Assembly: GCA_002269645.1 (NCBI GenBank)
Contig: NIVC01000041.1
Location: 496,001 to 560,000, forward strand
DNA: 64,000 nucleotides
Direction: 5' to 3'
Origin: Macrostomum lignano
Taxonomy: Eukaryota
How positions within the stretch are numbered: the first letter of the stretch is position 1; each line of letters begins with the position of its first letter. Below the pieces are notes generated by a model. It ran no database searches and was not told the origin of the DNA. It was given only the letters and a program-made list of their open reading frames with translations. Positions 56,258 through 64,000 of this stretch are shown piece by piece. A program made the position numbers and the translations under genes.

Positions 56258-57148
56258 CTTGGACTCCCTGTCCCTGTCTAGGACTCCCTTTCCCTGTCTA
56301 GGACTCCCTTTCCCTGTCTAGGACTCCCTTTCCCTGTCTAGGACTCCCTTTCCCTGTCTAGGACTCCCTTTCCCGGTCTAGGACTCCCTTTCCCGGTCTA
56401 GGACTCCCTTTCCCTGTCTAGGACTCCCTTTCCCTGTCTAGGACTCCCTGTCCCTGTCTAGGACTCCCTGTCCCTGTCTAGGACTCCCTTTCCCGGTCTA
56501 GGACTCCCTTTCCCTGTCTAGGACTCCCTTTCCCTGTCTAGGACTCCCTGTCCCTGTCTAGGACTCCCTGTCCCTGTCTAGGACTCCCTTTCCCGGTCTA
56601 GGACTCCCTTTCCCGGTCTAGGACTCCCTTTCCCTGTCTAGGACTCCCTGTCCCTGTCTAGGACTCCCTGTCTAGGTCTAGGACTCCCTGTCTAGGTCTA
56701 GGACTCCCTGTCCCTGTCTAGGACTCCCTTTCCCTGTCTAGGACTCCGTGTCCCTGTCTAGGACTCCCTGTCCCTGTCTAGGCCTCCCTGTCCCTGTCTA
56801 GGACTCCCTTTCCCTGTCTAGGACTCCCTTTCCCTGTCTAGGACTCCCTGTCCCTGTCTAGGACTCCCTGTCCCTGTCTAGTACTCCATTTCCCTGTCTA
56901 GGACTCCCAGACCCTGTCTAGGACTCCCTGCCCTTGTCTAGGACTCCGTGTCCCTGTCTAGGACTCCCTGCCCCTGTCTAGGACTCCCTGTCCCTGTCTA
57001 GGACTCCCTGCCCCTGTCTAGGACTCCCTGTCCCTGTCTAGGACTCCCTGTCCCTGTCTAGGCCTCCCTGACCCTGTCTAGGACTCCCTGCCCCTGTCTA
57101 GGACTCCCTGCCCCTGTCTAGGCCTCCCTGACCCTGTCTAGGACTCCA
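56258..57148. repeat. 20-bp minisatellite
   Basis: Unit CTAGGACTCCCT(T/G)TCCCTGT. Confidence 0.97.
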
Positions 57149-57258
57149 AGAAGAGATGTGATCATATAGCTATATAGCCATCATATGTTAAATCTAATTT
57201 TTGGCTTTCTGTCTCTAGCTATGCGCATAAGACTATACAAAACTCCCTTTTATTACTG

Positions 57259-57628
57259 TTATTGTTTTGGCAGGCTTATTAACTGCGAGGTGGCGATTTG
57301 CAGACTTCTTCTAGAATTTCTTTGATCTTTTGCCGCCCGCCTGCGCCGCCCGCCTTTTTTGCCAAACCGTCCTTCCAGTTTGTTCCTTCTTTCCAGTTCT
57401 ATTTTCTTTTCCGCCCCAGCTAATGCATTATTTTCTGTCTGGTTAGGCAACAGCAAGTTACAGTCAGTAACCAGTTGGTTCGGGTTTTTTTGGTCAGTTT
57501 TTGGATATTGAAAAAAGCAGACTTTAGAAATGCTTAGTAGTAGTACTGATCAGGAAGCTTATCCTTCTTCGTGAACTTTTATTACCTTTTGTGAGGTTGG
57601 ACTGTCTAACGCGGCCTTCAGTGCTTCG
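57259..57628 (-). CDS. Possible last two exons of an unidentified minus-strand gene (57628-57586 and 57438-57259)
   Basis: SEALKAALDSPTSQK|GTAATA ... CTAACCAG|TENNALAGAEKKIELERRNKLEGRFGKKGGRRRR...LPKQ*. Phase-0 junction, branch-point-like CTAAC, AATAAA just after the stop. Confidence 0.35.
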
Positions 57629-57907
57629 CTTTTTTGTAATTATTCATTTTCGGCTGGACTAAAAACTATCTGACTTTTTATGACTGCTATTTTCAACAGT
57701 TCTAGTTGAAAGGCTTGGTGTTTCCTACTTTACAATTATAATTATATTTTCCTTGCCTAGCCTCCGTATTCTGCCTCAGAGCAAAAGTTTTTTTGGAACT
57801 TAATATTGTTATTAATTGGGTAATTTTGTAGAGGTTAAGTTGAATAAAAAAGTCTTGGTTAACATCTTTGTTAACTATAAAAAGCATAAACCATAATGGC
57901 TTAGAAA

Positions 57908-58700
57908 AACGGTCATTTAAGCTCTGAAATCACGGTCATTCTAGCTCTGAAAACGCGGTCATTTTAGCTCTGAACAGAGGTCATTCTAGCTCTGAAAAAA
58001 ACTGTCATTTTAAGTCTGAAACAATGATCATTGTAGCTCTGAACAAAGGTCATTCTAGCTCTGAAAACACGGTCATTTTAGCTCTGAAAATACGGTCATT
58101 GTAGCTCTGAAAATACGGTCATTCTAGCTCTGAAATCACGGTCATTCTAGCTCTGAAAACACGGTCATTTTAGCTCTGAAAACGCGGTCATTTTAGCTCT
58201 GAACAGAGGTCATTCTAGCTCTGAAATCACGGTCATTCTAGCTCTGAAAACACGGTCATTTTAGCTCTGAAAACACGGTCATTTTAGCTCTGAAAACACG
58301 GTCATTTTAGCTCTGAACAGAGATCATTCTAGCTCTGAAAACACGGTAATTTTAGCTCTTAAAACACGGTCATTTTAGCTCTGAAAATACGGTCATTCTA
58401 GCTCTGAAATCACGGTCATTCTAGCTCTGAAAACACGGTCATTTTAGCTCTGAAAACGCGGTCATTTTAGCTCTGAACAGAGATCATTCTAGCTCTGAAA
58501 ACACGGTAATTTTAGCTCTTAAAACACGGTCATTTTAGCTCTGAAAACACGGTAATTTTAGCTCTTAAAACACGGTCATTTTAGCTCTGAAAACACGGTC
58601 ATTTTTAGCTCTGAACAGAGATCATTCTAGCTCTGAAAACACGGTCATTTTAGCTCTGAAAACACGGTCATTTTAGCTCTGAAATCACGGTCATTTTAGC
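57908..58700. repeat. 22/23-bp minisatellite
   Basis: Unit GGTCATT(T/C)TAGCTCTGAAAACAC. Confidence 0.96.
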
Positions 58701-59394
58701 TGTATGTGTTTGCATATATTGTATTATTTTGGCAATCAACTAAGGAGCTAAGTTACACTGTTAAGGTGAAGCGAGTGAGATTGAGCTTCTTGTGTGCTTA
58801 TAGAGTTCTCTATTCAGGCTTACTGACCGCGACTTGAACTGAGAAAGCACTCACATTCACTGCAACCCACTCGCTCACTTGTGCACTCATTGTACATTAC
58901 ATTGTTCGCGTTGTGCTGCATGAGAGTTGGAGAATAATAAAAATAAAAGAAGGAAAAGTGTAAGCACAATTTAGCGAAAAAAATTGTTAGTAGAAAGTAA
59001 AAATTGCTTTGTTAAATGGCGTGATATGGACAGGACAGCATCTGGAAATGGGGTGGTCCTCGCTGGTAATAACTGCCTTAGATATTTTACATAAGGGGTC
59101 GTGACCATCCACCGAATTTTGAGGAGAGGAGGTCAACTGACCATTGGAATTACGAGTAGACATTTTTGACAACCGTAGCGTACAAAACAACAGGTAACAG
59201 TTTCAGTTCTAAATAGCATTTTAATTTAATTAAATATTATTCATACCTAATTGTTTGCTTATATAGTAATTCTAATAGAAAATGTGTAGGCTTTGTGATA
59301 ATCTGTATTTAATATTTGATAAGATATTATTAACTATTATAATGCAATGACTAATTTGTCGCATACCAGGGGGTTTTTGGGCGCCGAAAATAGC

Positions 59395-60393
59395 CAAGAT
59401 TTCTCCTTTCTTCACCTGCCTCTTTAAAAGAGTGGGAAGGGGCCGCGCAGTCACTGGCGGAGGGTAGAGAGAGGGTATGAGAGAAGGCAGAGAGTGCACT
59501 GCGAGTGGTGAGCGTTATTGCCGTTAAGGGTTCGCTGAGGTAGGGGGGCGGGTGGGGTTGGCGGGTGTTTTTGCTGCTTGCAGCAGCTCTTTATTTTGCG
59601 TGTGCGCGAAACTCGCGTGTTGGTTCCTCTGTTACTCTCTTTCTCTAACCGTATTTTCTGCTGCTTTTGGGCTAAAGCTCTTTAATAGAATCTATTCTAA
59701 ATTGCTCGACTGTGTTCCTGCTAAGCTGAGGTGGTGTAGGGCGGTCGAATAACGACACTTTTCTTGTGCTAATTTCTCGTTTTTTTTTACTTGCTTCGCG
59801 GTTGTCTTGTTCTGTCTGTGTTATTATAAATTTTCTGTAGCCCTTCAATTCAATTGAAATATAACCGCAGAGACTGAGGGATTAGTAGTTCCATTTCAGT
59901 TGACAGTATTTGCGATTGCCTCGTCCGGCACATTTTATCCCCTCGTCTTTATTATTCTTATTCTATTACTGTTTCTCTGTGTCATTTCTCACTCTACTTC
60001 TCAACCACGCTTTCGCACTAATTCCCAATCAACTTCCAAATCTCAGTCTATTTCTCATTCCCACTCCGTCTCTACTTCTCCATCCACTTTCACTCTTACT
60101 CTACTTCTCACTCCACTCTCACTTTCATTCTACTTCTCACTCCCACTACTCTACTCACTCCTACTCTACTCACTCCCACTCTACTCACTCCCACTCTACT
60201 TCTCACTCCTACCTCACTTCCACTCCGACTACTTCTCAGTTCACTTTCACTCCCACTCTACTTCTCACTTCAATCTCACTTTGACTATGCTGTCAAGATT
60301 TTCTCCTTTCTTCACCTGCCTCTTTAAAAGAGTGGGAAGGGCCGCGCAGACACTAGCGGAGGGGAGAGAGAGGGGTTTGGGAGAAGGCAGAGA
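59395..60393. repeat. ~100-bp direct repeat pair (59395-59493, 60294-60393) ~900 bp apart, within CTCACT-rich low-complexity DNA extending to ~60660
   Basis: Both copies begin CAAGATT(T)TCTCCTTTCTTCACCTGCCTCTTTAAAAGAGTGGGAAGGG. Confidence 0.85.
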
Positions 60394-61144
60394 AGCTCAG
60401 CCACTTCTCCCTCCACTCTAGCTCTCACTCTACTCACCCTCCCCCACCCTACTTCTCACTCCGCTCTCACTCACTCTACTCCTTACCCCACCCTGCTCTA
60501 CTTCTCACCCCACCCTGCTCTACTCCTCACTTTAATTCTCACCCCCATTCCCACTCTACTCACTCCACTCGCACTCTACTTCTCACTGCATTACACTCTA
60601 CTTCTCACTGCATTACCACCCCTCTAATTTTCAGTTCACTCTCACCCACTCCGTCGCTCTACTTCCGTCGCACTTGTTCTAAATCTGTCTTAATAATCCC
60701 GCCCGTTTTTGTCGCATGAATGCAAATAAAATGCCGCTATCCTGCCCCTCTTATCTCTATCGCATCAGCCCTACATATTGGCGTCATAGCCCATAGCTTT
60801 AGATTAAAGTTGTTCATTTTTTGTGCTTGTCTCTCCTCCTTATCAAAAATTTTTTAATATGTTGCTGGTTCAGTGTAAAGTTGCCAGGTCAGTTAGGGCA
60901 GTATCTGTGAGCCAGGGTAACCTGAAAATGTGCTCACACATTAATTTATACAACAGGAAATAATACTTATAACCATATTTGTCACATGAAACTGTTAGCA
61001 ATTTGCAGTTCTTTATAAATTACTCTAAGCTCAGCCACTTTTTATTCAAAACTCGATGCGCACTTCAGCTTAACTAATTCGAGTACATCAAATAGGTGTA
61101 TCTAGCAAATACGCCAGGTGCAATTCTATATAGTGCGCGTATTG

Positions 61145-61149
<5 letters not shown>

Positions 61150-61178
<29 letters not shown>
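61150..61178. repeat. (GA)n microsatellite
   Basis: Perfect run. Confidence 0.95.
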
Positions 61179-61181
<3 letters not shown>

Positions 61182-61474
61182 GTGTCTAAAAAAGGCTATG
61201 GCTAGTTATCTATTCGCACTGACAGTCTGCACTACGGGACCACCCACTTTTCTAGTTTGTAATAAGTAAAGCTGTTTTCTTATAATTTCACACACTTTGC
61301 AAGCCCTTATGTGCCAGCTCCAGCTGGTGCTTGTGTTTCACTGTGCGGCCTCCCCCCCCGCATACCGTGCTGAAGCTGTTAAATCTAATTACTAATTCCT
61401 ATTTTAATCAACTCGTATTTTCGGGTTGCTTTTGCTTCATTACTTTTGTGTTGGCCAGTTGCTGCCTTGCTTCT

Positions 61475-62272
61475 GCGATCCTTCAGTGCCCGCTGCTGCT
61501 GCTGCCTCCCATCCTTCAGTACCCGCTGCTGCTGCTGCCCTCCCTCCGATCCTTCAGTTCCTCTGCTGCCCTCCCTCCGATCCTTCAGTGCCCGCTGCTG
61601 CCCTCCCTCCGATCCTTCAGTTCCTCTGCTGCCCTCCCTCCGATCCTTCAGTTCCTCTGCTGCCCTCCCTCCCATCCTTCAGTGCCCGCTGCTGCCCTCC
61701 CTCCGATCCTTCAGTGCCCGCTGCTGCCCTCCCTCCCATCCTTCAGTCCCTCTGCTGCCCTCCCTCCCATCCTTCAGTCCCTCTGCTGCCCTCCCTCCGA
61801 TCCTTCAGTTCCTCTGCTGCCCTCCCTCCCATCCTTCAGTCCCTCTGCTGCCCTCCCTCCGATCCTTCAGTGCCCGCTGCTGCCCTCCCTCCCATCCTTC
61901 AGTTCCTCTGCTGCCCTCCCTCCCATCCTTCAGTTCCTCTGCTGCCCTCCCTCCCATCCTTCAGTTCCTCTGCTGCCCTCCCTCCGATCCTTCAGTTCCT
62001 CTGCTGCCCTCCCTCCCATCCTTCAGTGCCCGCTGCTGCCCTCCCTCCCATCCTTCAGTGCCCGCTGCTGCCCTCCCTCCCATCCTTCAGTCCCTCTGCT
62101 GCCCTCCCTCCCATCCTTCAGTTCCTCTGCTGCCCTCCCTCCGATCCTTCAGTTCCTCTGCTGCCCTCCCTCCCATCCTTCAGTTCCTCTGCTGCCCTCC
62201 CTCCGATCCTTCAGTGCCCGCTGCTGCCCTCCCTCCGATCCTTCAGTTCCTCTGCTGCTGCTGCCCTCCCTC
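61475..62272. repeat. 31-bp minisatellite
   Basis: Unit CCCTCCCTCC(G/C)ATCCTTCAGT(T/G/C)CC(T/C)(C/G)(T/C)(G/T)CTG family. Confidence 0.95.
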
Positions 62273-62614
62273 TGAAAAATAAGATTCTTTTCAATCCCAG
62301 TTAAATTTTCTTTTTCCATAAAAAACAGCCCATGCTTCTCGGTCCCACAAAATCTGTTTATAACACGCCATTGTGTGAGCGCTTTGAAATTTGAGCTGAA
62401 TAAATCTCCTATCCTTTTTACAACCTGCCTGTCTTGATAATCCGTCTGCGCTCTGAATTTTCACTTTCCACAAAAAACACAAAATGCCGCCCTTTGGGTG
62501 TCTCAAATTCTTCGAAATCTTTGAAGTTAGATTGACAGATAGACACTCGTGCGGACAGACCAGGTGAGATAAAGTATAATATATATATTTATATAAGTAT
62601 ATCCAGAAAGAATG

Positions 62615-63527
<913 letters not shown>

Positions 63528-64000
63528 CTAATTTAAACTTGATAGCATTAGTTCAGTGCCGGTTCAGTTTTCAGTGAGAGCATTGGTTGGTAGCTAATTG
63601 TCTCTCGCCCAGCAGGATTTGTTTGCCAGCTTCCAATTTATTTTTCTGGGGCCCTAATTTTCTTTGTTGCTGGCCTCTTTAATTCCTGTGCACTCGCCTG
63701 CGGTTCGTCGCTCGTCACTCCTATGGCCTGGGCTCTTATCCGACACTTCCCAATTACTCTATTTTTCCTCATCTCTTCCTCCATGTCTGTGTCAGATTGG
63801 TGACCAACTCTTCTCCATCCTCTCCCCTCTTATGCTTTTTTGCTTCTCCCTCTGTCTGTGCTTCCTCTTTTTCATTGCCACCGCCGTCTTCTCTTCCCAG
63901 TTCCCTAATCCCTCGTTCCTTCACCGACCGACCGACACCCCCGTACTGGCTGCTTTCCGCTTTTGCTCTTCCACCTCTGCCCCCCCCCCCCCCGGCCCGC

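Overview
Eukaryotic (invertebrate animal) genomic DNA. The GC-rich exons, minisatellite-filled introns and poly-Q/poly-A tracts suggest a Macrostomum-type flatworm, but that is inference only. Three host genes can be built by hand. (1) A 14-15-exon MYCBP-associated protein gene (+, 8219-21062, probable extra 5' exon at 6243). (2) An NPAT/Mxc-like histone-locus-body scaffold gene (+, 29806-37614) with an N-terminal LisH motif, a coding 21-bp minisatellite, a 900-bp tandem triplication that makes two extra in-frame chimeric exons, and a C2H2 zinc finger just before an NPAT-type C-terminal motif. (3) An intronless hnRNP A1-like gene (-, 41512-42465). Between the first two lies a full-length 5.4-kb Loa/R1-group LINE (ORF1, APE-RT-RNase H-CCHC ORF2, TAATG stop-start overlap, 13-bp TSD, one frameshift). 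The rest is about 20 tandem arrays, many abutting splice sites, plus tRNA-derived SINEs, hAT MITEs, fold-back elements and an ~11-kb AT-rich, CpG-depleted tract of decayed repeats. There are no rRNA, tRNA genes or CRISPR arrays. Gene models and homologies come from manual reading and remembered family motifs, not database searches.
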